A stretch of 64,000 bases of DNA. Origin: a virus. Below, one piece after another: positions 54,377 to 63,352 of this stretch. Below the pieces are notes generated by a model that saw only the letters and a list, made by a program, of their open reading frames with translations, had not been told where the DNA came from and did no database searches. Within the stretch, counting starts at the first letter, position 1. Each line of letters starts with the position of its first letter. Made by a program: the position numbers and the translations under genes. The stretch spans positions 704-64,703 of IMG/VR virus record IMGVR_UViG_3300017978_000368; one strand, written 5' to 3'.

Positions 54377-55057
54377 TTATACAAGGACGCCATCCTCGTC
54401 GAAGCGCCAGCCGTTGGCGTAAGCGCCCTCGATCAGCGACTCCTCACTGGTGAGGTGCTCGTGCTCAGCCTCAAGGTCTGCGTAGATTTTGTCAGCGAAC
54501 TCGCGTGCCTCCTCGATGACCCACTCCTCCAAGTCTTCGATCAGGTACTCGCCGTCGATACCTTTCCACAACTGGTACACATCGGCGCGTTGCAGTGGCC
54601 CGTCGTACTGCAAGCGTTGTTCACTGCCTTCGTCAAGCTGGTCCACAGCGCCGAAGTCTGTACTGTCAAGGCGCATTGTCTGCGAGTGCACGTAATGAAA
54701 CCCGTAGCGCGTGATGTTGACGTACTTCTCCACCCAGCCCTCGTCAAGCAGCGCTTGCAAAACAAAGTACCGATGATGGTCGGGGTTGTCTTCCTTCAAG
54801 TGGTGCTCAAGAAAGTGTTTGAGGTGCACGCGCCCTGTCCACGACGCGCCATCGCCTTGTGACCAGAAGCCTGAGAAGCGTATGTCCTCGATGTCGAAGC
54901 CCTTGGCCTTGCCATCTTCCTTGGCGCTGGCGTACGTGCAGTCCCACCATTCGTAGTCCAGCGTTTCGCTGAACCACATGAGCGCTTTCTCCTTGGCCTT
55001 GGGGCTCAAGTCTTCATAGATGAACTCGGTCTGTTCTGTTTCGATTTCAGTTGTCAT
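54377..55057 (-). CDS. Highly acidic early protein (candidate DNA mimic/anti-defence)
   Basis: D/E-rich; YEDLSPKAKEKA, FSGFWSQGDGA; AAAGGAG SD. Confidence 0.7.
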   Translation of the reverse strand: MTTEIETEQTEFIYEDLSPKAKEKALMWFSETLDYEWWDCTYASAKEDGKAKGFDIEDIRFSGFWSQGDGASWTGRVHLKHFLEHHLKEDNPDHHRYFVLQALLDEGWVEKYVNITRYGFHYVHSQTMRLDSTDFGAVDQLDEGSEQRLQYDGPLQRADVYQLWKGIDGEYLIEDLEEWVIEEAREFADKIYADLEAEHEHLTSEESLIEGAYANGWRFDEDGVLV

Positions 55058-55307
55058 GGTTGCTCTCCTTTGGTTGATCCATCTTCGCAATGATTACTGA
55101 CGCAGCGACGAGTGCTTGGGCCATGAGGTGCAGGTCCTGCATCTCTTTCTTTGCGCTCAGCAGCACGTTGGCAGCAGCTTGCTTGGTCATGTCCTTCATG
55201 AGTAGCTCAAACGCCTCGGGCTTGCGCTGGAGTAGCTTCTGTATGACAGGCAGGGCCTGTCGTTCTTCCCATGTGAGGGTGATCTTTGGTTTTGTCTCGG
55301 TTGTCAT
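55047..55307 (-). CDS. Hypothetical protein
   Basis: GGAG SD. Confidence 0.6.
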   Translation of the reverse strand: MTTETKPKITLTWEERQALPVIQKLLQRKPEAFELLMKDMTKQAAANVLLSAKKEMQDLHLMAQALVAASVIIAKMDQPKESNHDN

Positions 55308-55310
55308 GTC

Positions 55311-55436
55311 TCACTCCAAAAGTAAAAACACCACCATGAAGATGGCGAACAGCGCAAAGATGATGAGCTCAGCCTTGTCGCTGATGCTCTCTCTGTGCGT
55401 GGGGATGGGCTTGGCTGGGCCGGTGTATTTAGGCAT
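55311..55436 (-). CDS. 41-aa membrane peptide (not in ORF track)
   Basis: MPKYTGPAK...AELIIFALFAIFMVVFLLLE; AAGGA SD. Confidence 0.55.
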   Translation of the reverse strand: MPKYTGPAKPIPTHRESISDKAELIIFALFAIFMVVFLLLE

Positions 55437-55701
55437 TTGATTGATCCTTTCTTTCTCTTACGAGCCACTCGATGATGTTCATACCCTCGGCAAGCGTTGC
55501 CACGGGTTGGTCGTGGATGCGGGCAGGCCCATCGTTGCTTGTCACGAAGTACTCGACCCGCCTGCGCAGGCCCTCTTTTCCTTTGTCACGTTGCTCAACA
55601 AACCCAGCCGATGTGCTGCCGTTTGGGTACAGGTAGTGGATTCGCAGATGTTCTGCGTCCCTTACAGGCTGGAACATGCGCCACTCATAGCCTTCGTTCA
55701 T
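55429..55701 (-). CDS. Hypothetical protein
   Basis: AAGGAG SD. Confidence 0.6.
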   Translation of the reverse strand: MNEGYEWRMFQPVRDAEHLRIHYLYPNGSTSAGFVEQRDKGKEGLRRRVEYFVTSNDGPARIHDQPVATLAEGMNIIEWLVRERKDQSNA

Positions 55702-55719
55702 ATGCTTCTCCTTCGGTTG

Positions 55720-56184
55720 TTACAGCATGTCGCGCAGCACGTCCTTGACCTTGTCTTCCCAGTCGATACCGTCGATCTCCTCGTCCACATGCTGGGTGAT
55801 GATGTCCTTGACCTCGTCCTCTGTGACCCAGCCTTGTTGGATGCGGGCGTACTCGGTCAGTGTGGCGCGTGCTGTGTCTGCGGCCATCTGCTCGATGGTT
55901 TCTTGGGTGTGGTGCTCTTCGTTGTCCTCGTGGCTGGTGATGGCCTGCTCAACTGCGGTCTCGATCCTCTGGGCGATCATCAGCTCCAGCGCTTGGTCCA
56001 TGAGGGTCAGTGCGCGTCTGTTCTCCACCATGGCGTTGAACTTGGTCTCGACCAGCATGTCGATGTGCTTGGTCACGGCTTCGAGGAACAGGTTGACCCA
56101 CGAGTGGGCCACGTGGTGTTGTGGCTCGGGTGGGGTTGGTTGCTTGTCGTCGTCCATTGTGATGGGTTGGTTGATGTTTGTCAT
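55720..56184 (-). CDS. Acidic helical early protein
   Basis: GGAG SD; D/E-rich C-terminal half. Confidence 0.7.
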   Translation of the reverse strand: MTNINQPITMDDDKQPTPPEPQHHVAHSWVNLFLEAVTKHIDMLVETKFNAMVENRRALTLMDQALELMIAQRIETAVEQAITSHEDNEEHHTQETIEQMAADTARATLTEYARIQQGWVTEDEVKDIITQHVDEEIDGIDWEDKVKDVLRDML

Positions 56185-56231
56185 GATTGCTCTCCATAAG
56201 ATGTTTGCCAGTGACCGACTGGCAGCGGATT

Positions 56232-56248
56232 GGGAACACGGTGTTCCC
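56232..56248. promoter_or_regulatory. 17-bp palindrome copy 3
   Basis: GGGAACAC-G-GTGTTCCC. Confidence 0.8.
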
Positions 56249-56260
56249 AGATGCTGTTGT

Positions 56261-57112
56261 TCAAAGGTTGTCCCACCAACTTGGGTCGGACTCAGGCATG
56301 CTTGGGAGGGGTATCTCGGGCACGTGGATGATGGGTGGAGGCGGCGGCATGGGCACGCCAGCCTCTCGCATGGCCTTGACCCGTTCGAGTCGAGCCTTGG
56401 GGCTACCGTCCTTGGCCAGTGATGACACCTTGGGCGGTACACGATCCTTAGATGGCGGCACCCATGTGGCCAAGCCGGGCAGTCGGGCACGCTGGCGGTA
56501 CTCACTGGGCAGTGTCTCCCACAGTCGCTTCATGCGGATGCGCTCTTCCCATGTGACGTGCGGTTCCCAATCCAAGAACTTGGGCGCGATTCCCTTGGCG
56601 TTGCAGTCGAACTTCATACGCTCGCGCAGTTGGGTGAGCAGCAGCTTGTATTCCAAGAAGAATGTAAGGTCCATGCCCGGCCGTGTCTTCTTGGCGTGCT
56701 TCTCTTGTTGCTGGATGGCAGCCAACTCAGAGCGCAAACCCCCTATGACCTCGCCCCACGGCTTGGTCTTGGCCGCCTTCCATGCAGCACTGGCCGCCAT
56801 GCGCCGGTTGATGTTGGCCTTTCTGCTGCGTCGGCGCAGCTCTTCAGTGCCCCACGGTGCGTACAAGTCCCCGGCGCTGACGCGGTTGTGAATCTCCTTG
56901 GCCGTCAGTTCTCTGAGGGGTTTGGCGCGGGGTTGGCACAGCTTGCACATGGATGACTCGATCTCCACGCTTGCGTTGCCTGAGTAGCCCCTCGCTCTGG
57001 CCTGTGCTCGGGACAGGTCTCGCTTGAACTCGGCCAGCGGTTTGATCTGTTTGCACACGGCGCACATGGCCGCTTTGGTGCCCGGTGCAGGTGCAAGGTA
57101 GTGGTCTGACAT
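56261..57112 (-). CDS. Basic Zn-finger-containing early protein
   Basis: CAVC...CKLC; K/R-rich; Pro-rich tail; GGAG SD. Confidence 0.65.
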   Translation of the reverse strand: MSDHYLAPAPGTKAAMCAVCKQIKPLAEFKRDLSRAQARARGYSGNASVEIESSMCKLCQPRAKPLRELTAKEIHNRVSAGDLYAPWGTEELRRRSRKANINRRMAASAAWKAAKTKPWGEVIGGLRSELAAIQQQEKHAKKTRPGMDLTFFLEYKLLLTQLRERMKFDCNAKGIAPKFLDWEPHVTWEERIRMKRLWETLPSEYRQRARLPGLATWVPPSKDRVPPKVSSLAKDGSPKARLERVKAMREAGVPMPPPPPIIHVPEIPLPSMPESDPSWWDNL

Positions 57113-57139
57113 GGTGAATCTCCAAAGATGATGTAACGA

Positions 57140-57420
57140 GATTGTATTTTGTCCACCGAATACATGCAAGTGGACAGTACTGTGGGACAGTGCAAAGCCC
57201 CTGTTTATGCGGGTTGCGAGGGGTGCTGACCCACATGTCTATCAAATTCTGAGAGAACAAGGCTGGGGAAACCTTCGGGGTAAATCTTGTCCACTTGCAC
57301 GCACATATATACATACCTATCTAAATCTCTATTTATATATAGTAGTGTTCTGGACAGTGGACGTTGGACGCTAGTATCCATGCGGGTTACGGGACGTCCA
57401 CGCGATGTCCACGCCGTTGT
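57140..57420. other. Putative replication origin (iteron-like repeats + AT-rich core)
   Basis: Multiple TGGAC/GTCCA; 12-bp inverted repeat 57165-76/57288-99; ATGCGGGTT x2; AT-rich 57305-57345. Confidence 0.5.
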
Positions 57421-57478
57421 AATCGCTAGGATCAGGTGGGTATGCGTTTTTTGCATAGTTTCTCCACAACGTGTTGCT

Positions 57479-57495
57479 GGGAACACGGTGTTCCC
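57479..57495. promoter_or_regulatory. 17-bp palindrome copy 4
   Basis: CT-GGGAACAC-G-GTGTTCCC-AG (extends to 21 bp). Confidence 0.8.
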
Positions 57496-57509
57496 AGCGA
57501 TGGGCCAAG

Positions 57510-57701
57510 TCATTTGAAGCGGAGCTGGCGAGTGTCGGCCTTGTATGTGTCCCACGCAGCGTCACGGGCTCGCGCCTCTTCGATGACCTTGCGCTTGTAG
57601 GCTTTGTCCTCAGCGAGCCGCACGAAGTCTTCACGCAGGGCGCGGAGCTTGGCGCGTTCGGTTGTCTTGATGTCGATGGTGTAACGGTTGCGATGTGTCA
57701 T
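57510..57701 (-). CDS. Small basic early protein
   Basis: AGGAG SD; MTHRNRYTIDI. Confidence 0.65.
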   Translation of the reverse strand: MTHRNRYTIDIKTTERAKLRALREDFVRLAEDKAYKRKVIEEARARDAAWDTYKADTRQLRFK

Positions 57702-57720
57702 GGTTGATTCTCCTGAGTGT

Positions 57721-57737
57721 GGGAACACTGTGTTCCC
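57721..57737. promoter_or_regulatory. 17-bp palindrome copy 5
   Basis: GGGAACAC-T-GTGTTCCC. Confidence 0.8.
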
Positions 57738-57791
57738 AGAGTGATAGCGTGCGCCTATCGGGCGCAGCGGGTTGATTGTGAATAGCCTGTG

Positions 57792-57817
57792 CCTATCGGG
57801 TTTGTGTGCCCGATAGG
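57792..57817. other. 9-bp stem hairpin
   Basis: CCTATCGGG-8 nt-CCCGATAGG; extra arm copy at 57754-57762. Confidence 0.55.
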
Positions 57818-57858
57818 TTGCGTTTGACAGTAAACGGAACAGCGGCGAAGCCACCCGC

Positions 57859-58254
57859 TCAAAGCATGGCCAAGAAACGGCGCTTTTGTGCAGCAGTCAG
57901 ACCAGCGTAGGCTTTGGCGAGCTTGGCCACCGCATCGACTGGCTTGTGCTGACGTGTTGTGTCGCCAGACTTGAAGTGGATCATCACGTTGCGTGCCCAA
58001 GACATACGAGCAGCATCATGGCGCGTGTCGCGTGAGTACTCAGCGCCGTCAAAGAACTGAGCAGCGCCCGATGCGCTCCACGATACGTTGCACTTGAAGT
58101 GCGCGGCATGCACTTTGGCCAGCGCGGCCAACAGTTGGGAACACGGTGTTCCCGCGAACTCAGCAGCGGCTTGCTTGAGGGCATCGCCGTAGCTGGTGCC
58201 TGCTTTGAGGAACGATGCGTAACGTGCAGCGACTGTGTTGATAGATGTGTTCAT
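57859..58254 (-). CDS. First early protein (hypothetical)
   Basis: AGGAG SD; directly downstream of an extended -10 element. Confidence 0.7.
   Translation of the reverse strand: MNTSINTVAARYASFLKAGTSYGDALKQAAAEFAGTPCSQLLAALAKVHAAHFKCNVSWSASGAAQFFDGAEYSRDTRHDAARMSWARNVMIHFKSGDTTRQHKPVDAVAKLAKAYAGLTAAQKRRFLAML
58137..58153. promoter_or_regulatory. 17-bp palindrome copy 6 (intragenic)
   Basis: GGGAACAC-G-GTGTTCCC inside the 57859-58254 CDS. Confidence 0.8.
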
Positions 58255-58311
58255 GATGCTAACTCCTAAAGGTTGTGAATGTCGCAAGGGCCAATCCCCA
58301 ACGACAACTCT

Positions 58312-58320
58312 ATTTTACCA
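58312..58320 (-). promoter_or_regulatory. Putative extended -10 early promoter
   Basis: TG-G-TAAAAT on minus strand about 60 nt upstream of ATG 58254. Confidence 0.45.
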
Positions 58321-58560
58321 CAACGGGGTTTTTGGTAGTATCTCAGAGGGAGAAGCGAGAACCTTAGACCCCACCACCGGGGCATGTCCCATATATCGAG
58401 GCGGCATGGCGACATGACATGAACACTGTTCCACAACCGCACACAGCATTTTGTAAAACCCTTGACAAACACCACCCCCACCACAACATACTAGTACCCC
58501 CGTACTAATTTTATAAAATTTTCCAAGAATCTCTGTCAAACTCTGGACACCCGGCTACCA

Positions 58561-58593
58561 TAAAAAACCCCCGGGCCTTGTGAGCGCGGGGGT
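58561..58593 (-). terminator. Putative intrinsic terminator
   Basis: Minus strand ACCCCCG...CGGGGGT stem followed by a T-run. Confidence 0.5.
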
Positions 58594-58632
58594 ACAAATT
58601 TCACAACAAATACCTCGGAGAAAACCAACAGC

Positions 58633-58662
58633 TTGCACCGCTGGCGAAATCCAGTGTACATT
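58633..58662 (+). promoter_or_regulatory. Putative sigma70 promoter for packaging operon
   Basis: TTGCAC-18 nt-TACATT upstream of ATG 58706. Confidence 0.35.
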
Positions 58663-58705
58663 ACGCCCATCGAGGTTTCAAGCCTTTTTGGCTGCCTACG
58701 CAAAT

Positions 58706-59344
58706 ATGTTCGATCACTTGGTGCAATTCAATCCGGAGACATCACCGCCCGGAGACATCTTGAAGCTGGCTGACGCTGAGCCGGGAGAAGTCTTGGCCGC
58801 GCAGGTATCCACAGCCAGTTGGCTGCAGGAGCTGGGTGCGCCGCCAGATGACGAAGTGATCGACGAGCTGGAGAAGGCCGACGCCCGGCGGGCGTTCAAA
58901 GCGCTCACCACGAACACCGACACCGTGGAGCAAAAAGCTGCGCTGGTGCAACTCAAGACGCCAGAAGCTGTGCGCCACATCACAGGCATGCTGACCGCGT
59001 ACGACTGGGAGTTCATCGAGCAGGCCAAGGAGCTCAGGGGCTACACGGTGGCCAAGCTGGTGGAGGAGACGCAAAACCCCAACGCCAACATCCGGCTCAA
59101 AGCGCTCGGTCTGTTGGGCAAGGTCACGGAAGTGGGCCTGTTCACCGACAAGATCGAGGTCAAGCAGGCGGAAATGTCCGACGCTGAGATCGAGCAGCGC
59201 ATCAAGGACAAGCTGGCCAAGTTCATGGGGGTCATTGACGTGATTGACGTGGCCACCAGCACAGACGACATGCCGGAGAACGGCTCCTCTTTCAATCTGA
59301 TCCCAGATGAACCTCCAGAAACTGACGTCGCTGACCAAGCGTGA
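58706..59344 (+). CDS. terS: Terminase small subunit (putative)
   Basis: Directly upstream of and overlapping TerL; IRLKALGLLGK...LFTDKIEVK. Confidence 0.65.
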   Translation: MFDHLVQFNPETSPPGDILKLADAEPGEVLAAQVSTASWLQELGAPPDDEVIDELEKADARRAFKALTTNTDTVEQKAALVQLKTPEAVRHITGMLTAYDWEFIEQAKELRGYTVAKLVEETQNPNANIRLKALGLLGKVTEVGLFTDKIEVKQAEMSDAEIEQRIKDKLAKFMGVIDVIDVATSTDDMPENGSSFNLIPDEPPETDVADQA

Positions 59345-60845
59345 GTTGGAGGCGCTCGAACGCGCACTGCCGACGATGTCCATCAAGGAGAAGATGGAGC
59401 TGCTCGACGATTTGGAGGCGCGAGAGCGCAGAACACGCCTGACGGCGGCCCAAGACAACATGCTCGGGTTCGCTTCTTCGGTCTACCCGGGCTTCAAGAT
59501 CGGGCCCCACCACCGCAAGCTGGCCAAAATCTTCACGGACGTGATCGAGGGGAGAAAAAAGCGTGTCATCATCAACATCGCGCCCCGTATGGGCAAGTCG
59601 GAGTTCAGCTCCTACCTCTTCCCGGCCTATTTTTTGGGCAAGTACCCCCAGAAAAAGATCATCATGGGCACGCACACGGCCGGTTTGTCGGAAGACTTCG
59701 GCAGGCGTATCCGTAACTTGCTGGACACGGAGGAGTACCGTGAGATTTTTCCTCAAACCATGGTGGCAGACGACCAGAAGGCTGCTGGCAAGTGGTCCAC
59801 AAGCTCCGGCGGTCAGTATTACGCGGCTGGTGTTGGCGGCGCTCTTGCTGGCCGTGGTGCTGACCTGTTCGTAATTGACGATCCGCACTCTGAACAGGAC
59901 GTGAAGACCAACAGTCGCTTGGCTTTTGACACGGCGTGGTCGTGGTTCCAGACGGGCCCGCTCCAGCGCTTGATGCCGGGCGGGGCGATCATAGTCATCA
60001 TGACGCGGTGGTCGCTGCTGGACCTGACTGGGCGCTTGATAACGTATCAGGCCAAGAATCCCGAGGCCGAGCCATGGGAGATCGTCGAGCTTCCGGCCAT
60101 CTTGCATGAGGACACCGAGAACGAGAAATCGCTGTGGCCCGAGCAGTGGCCGCTGGCCACCCTCAAGTCGACAAAGGCTGCGCTGGACCCCAAGTATTGG
60201 AACGCCCAGTACATGCAGCAGCCCACGGCCGAGAACAGTGCGATCGTGAGCAGGAAGATGTGGCGCATCTGGCCGGGCGAGGACCCGCCGCGCTGCGACT
60301 ACGTGATCCAGAGCTGGGACACGGCCTTTGAAGTGAAGAACAACTCCGACTACTCGGCTTGCACGACGTGGGGCGTGTTCTACAACGAGGAAGAGGGCGA
60401 CGCGCCGCAGGTGATCCTGCTGGATGCGTTCAAGGACCGCATGACCTTCCCGGACCTCAAGCAGACCGCGCTCAAGCACTACAAAGAGTGGGAGCCAGAC
60501 GCGTTCATCGTGGAGAAGAAGGCGGCCGGAGCGCCGCTGATCCAAGAGCTGCGGGCCACGGGCATCCCGGTCCAAGAGTTCAGCCCCAGCCGGGGCAACG
60601 ACAAACTGGTGCGTCTGAACGCTGTTGCGGATTTGTTCAGTTCGGGTAAAGTCTGGGCACCGGACACACGCTGGGCCCGGGAAGTGATCGAGGAAATGGC
60701 GGCGTTCCCTGTCGGGGAGCACGATGACTTCGTGGACACGACCACCCAAGCGCTGCTTCGATTCAGGCAAGGCGGCTTCATCACGCTCGACTCAGACGAG
60801 AAAGAAGACCGCTCCTACACCCGCCGCCGGGCGGCGTACTATTGA
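59307..60845 (+). CDS. terL: Terminase large subunit
   Basis: APRMGKS Walker A; IDDPH Walker B; QSWDTA; IVEKKAAG; HDDFVD nuclease motif. Confidence 0.95.
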   Translation: MNLQKLTSLTKRELEALERALPTMSIKEKMELLDDLEARERRTRLTAAQDNMLGFASSVYPGFKIGPHHRKLAKIFTDVIEGRKKRVIINIAPRMGKSEFSSYLFPAYFLGKYPQKKIIMGTHTAGLSEDFGRRIRNLLDTEEYREIFPQTMVADDQKAAGKWSTSSGGQYYAAGVGGALAGRGADLFVIDDPHSEQDVKTNSRLAFDTAWSWFQTGPLQRLMPGGAIIVIMTRWSLLDLTGRLITYQAKNPEAEPWEIVELPAILHEDTENEKSLWPEQWPLATLKSTKAALDPKYWNAQYMQQPTAENSAIVSRKMWRIWPGEDPPRCDYVIQSWDTAFEVKNNSDYSACTTWGVFYNEEEGDAPQVILLDAFKDRMTFPDLKQTALKHYKEWEPDAFIVEKKAAGAPLIQELRATGIPVQEFSPSRGNDKLVRLNAVADLFSSGKVWAPDTRWAREVIEEMAAFPVGEHDDFVDTTTQALLRFRQGGFITLDSDEKEDRSYTRRRAAYY

Positions 60846-60856
60846 AAGATTGACAC

Positions 60857-63352
60857 ATGGCCACGAACATTGACAAAGCACTCTTCCAACAGCCGACAGG
60901 CATCGACGCCCTTGGTGAAGCAGAGGAGCCGATCGAGATTGAGATCGTGGACCCCGAGTCCGTGAGCATCCAAGCAGGAGACATGGAGCTTGAGATCGAG
61001 CCGGGCAAGCCCAGCATTGACGACTTTGACGCCAACTTGGCCGACTACCTGCCCGACGGTGAGATTTCCAGCACGGCCAGTGAGTTGTCCAGCGACATCG
61101 ACAACGACCGCAACTCACGCAAGGAGTGGGAGAAGGCGTACGTCACGGGCCTGAAGCTGCTGGGCCTGCAGATCGAGGAGCGCACAGAGCCATGGGACGG
61201 CGCGTCGGGCGTGTTCCACCCCATGATTACAGAAGCCGTCGTGCGCTTCCAAAGCGAGACCATCACAGAGACCTTCCCGGCCATGGGCCCGGTGCGCACG
61301 AAGATCGTGGGTAAAGAGACCCCCGAGAAGAAAGACGCAGCGATGCGGGTGCAGGAAGACATGAACTTCCAGCTCACCGAGGTCATGCAGGAGTTCCGCC
61401 CTGAGCACGAGCGCATGCTGTGGAGCCTCCCGGCCACCGGCTCGGCGTTCAAGAAGGTGTATTTCGACCCGAACCTTGGCCGTCAGACGTCCGTGTTCAT
61501 CCCGGCCGAGGACATCTTGCTGCCGTACGGCACCTCGGACATCCAGACTTGCTACCGCGTGACACACGTCATGCGCAAGACCGAGAACGAGATCAAGAAG
61601 CTCCAGCAGGCAGGCTTCTACCGCGACGTGGACATCGGTTCCCCGGACAAGGCGATCGACGAGATCAACAAGGCCAAGGACAAAGAAACAGGTTTCGCTG
61701 ACCTGAACGACGAGCGCTACACCCTGTATGAGAGCCACGTGGACTTGGTGCTCAAGGGCGACCCGCTGTGCGAGAAAAAGGACGACGGTGAGGTGGCGGG
61801 CATCGCGCTGCCGTACGTGGTCACGTTCATCCGGGGCACAAACACCGTGCTGGCCATCCGCCGCAACTGGGACGAGAACGACGACCTGCATTTGAAGCGC
61901 CAGCACTTCGTGCACTATCAGTACATCCCCGGCTTTGGTGCCTACGGCTTTGGTCTGTTCCACCTGATCGGTGGCTTCGCCAACTCGGCCACCAGCTTGA
62001 TGCGTCAGTTGATCGACGCGGGCACACTGTCCAACTTGCCGGGCGGCCTGAAGTCCCGTGGTCTGCGCATCAAGGGTGACGACACCCCGATCGCCCCGGG
62101 CGAGTGGCGCGACGTGGACGTGGGCTCCGGTGCCATCCGCGACAACATCCTGCCGCTGCCTTACAAAGACCCAAGCCAGACCCTGTACAACTTGCTGAAC
62201 ACCGTGGTCGAGGAAGGCCGCCGGTTCGCTTCAACGGCCGACATGAAGGTCAGCGACATGAGCGCGAACGCGCCTGTGGGCTCGACCCTTGCGTTGCTTG
62301 AGCGCCAGCTGAAGGTCATGACGGCTGTGCAGGCCCGGGTGCACTTCTCCCTCAAGCAAGAACTGCAGCTGCTGGCTGCCATCATCCGCGACTACACGGA
62401 CGACGAGTACACCTACGAGCCCGACGGCGAAGAGGGCCCACGGGCCAAGCGCGGCGACTACCGCCACGTGGACATCATGCCTGTGAGCGACCCGAACGCG
62501 GCCACTCTCTCCCAGCGCGTGGTGCAGTACCAAGCGGTGATCCAGCTGGCCCAAGGGGCCCCGGACATTTACGACCTGCCCAAGCTGCACCGTGGCATGC
62601 TGGAGGTGCTGGGCATCAAGAATGCCGAGAAGCTGGTGCCGCTGGAGGAAGACCAAAAGCCCACCGACCCTGTGTCGGAGAACCAGAACGTGCTTAAGGG
62701 TAAACCCGTAAAAGCGTTCCAGTACCAAGACCACCAAGCGCACATTCAGGTGCACATGGCGGCGATGCAGGACCCCGTCATCATGCAGTTGATCGGGCAG
62801 AACCCTCGCGCACAAGCGATGCAGGCAGCCATGATGGCGCACATTGCCGAGCACACCGGCTTTGCGTACCGCCAGAAGATCGAGCAGCAGTTGGGCATGT
62901 CGTTGCCTCCAGAAGGCGAGCAGCTGCCACCCCAGATCGAGATCGCACTGTCGGGCATGATGGCTCAAGCCGCGCAGCAGGTGCTCCAGCAGAACCAAGC
63001 CCAAGCCGCTCAGCAGCAAGCCCAGCAGCAACAGCAAGACCCCGTGGTGCAGATGCAACAGCAGGAGCTGCAGATCAAGCAAGGCGAGCTGGCGCTCAAA
63101 GAGAAGAAGCTGCAGATCGACGCGTCGACCAAGGCCGACGAGCTGGAGCTCAAGAAACAAGCGCTGGAAGGCAAGATGCAACTGGACGGCTTCAAGGCTG
63201 GCCAGCAGGCCACGCAAGCAGAGAAGAAGCTGCAGGCCGACCAAGAACGAGAAGGTGTCCGCATGGGCATCGACATCGCAAAAAGCAAGCAGCAAGCCGC
63301 TGCCCAGTCCCGTGCCAACGCACAGCCACCAAGAGGTAAGCCAACCAAATGA
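60857..63352 (+). CDS. Portal protein (P22-like, long Q-rich C-terminal barrel)
   Basis: Follows TerL; HPMITEAVVRFQ, GSAFKKVYFD, GFGAYGFG; helical Q-rich C-terminus. Confidence 0.92.
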   Translation: MATNIDKALFQQPTGIDALGEAEEPIEIEIVDPESVSIQAGDMELEIEPGKPSIDDFDANLADYLPDGEISSTASELSSDIDNDRNSRKEWEKAYVTGLKLLGLQIEERTEPWDGASGVFHPMITEAVVRFQSETITETFPAMGPVRTKIVGKETPEKKDAAMRVQEDMNFQLTEVMQEFRPEHERMLWSLPATGSAFKKVYFDPNLGRQTSVFIPAEDILLPYGTSDIQTCYRVTHVMRKTENEIKKLQQAGFYRDVDIGSPDKAIDEINKAKDKETGFADLNDERYTLYESHVDLVLKGDPLCEKKDDGEVAGIALPYVVTFIRGTNTVLAIRRNWDENDDLHLKRQHFVHYQYIPGFGAYGFGLFHLIGGFANSATSLMRQLIDAGTLSNLPGGLKSRGLRIKGDDTPIAPGEWRDVDVGSGAIRDNILPLPYKDPSQTLYNLLNTVVEEGRRFASTADMKVSDMSANAPVGSTLALLERQLKVMTAVQARVHFSLKQELQLLAAIIRDYTDDEYTYEPDGEEGPRAKRGDYRHVDIMPVSDPNAATLSQRVVQYQAVIQLAQGAPDIYDLPKLHRGMLEVLGIKNAEKLVPLEEDQKPTDPVSENQNVLKGKPVKAFQYQDHQAHIQVHMAAMQDPVIMQLIGQNPRAQAMQAAMMAHIAEHTGFAYRQKIEQQLGMSLPPEGEQLPPQIEIALSGMMAQAAQQVLQQNQAQAAQQQAQQQQQDPVVQMQQQELQIKQGELALKEKKLQIDASTKADELELKKQALEGKMQLDGFKAGQQATQAEKKLQADQEREGVRMGIDIAKSKQQAAAQSRANAQPPRGKPTK

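Noticed and set aside
52875-58153. Palindrome copies as a CRISPR array
   Set aside because: Spacing is irregular (242-1893 bp) with whole genes between copies; repeats are only 17 bp. The Cas4-like nuclease at 40502 is an ordinary phage exonuclease.
58462-58492. TTGACA...CATACT rightward promoter
   Set aside because: 19-nt spacer and far from the next start codon; kept only as part of the divergence-region finding
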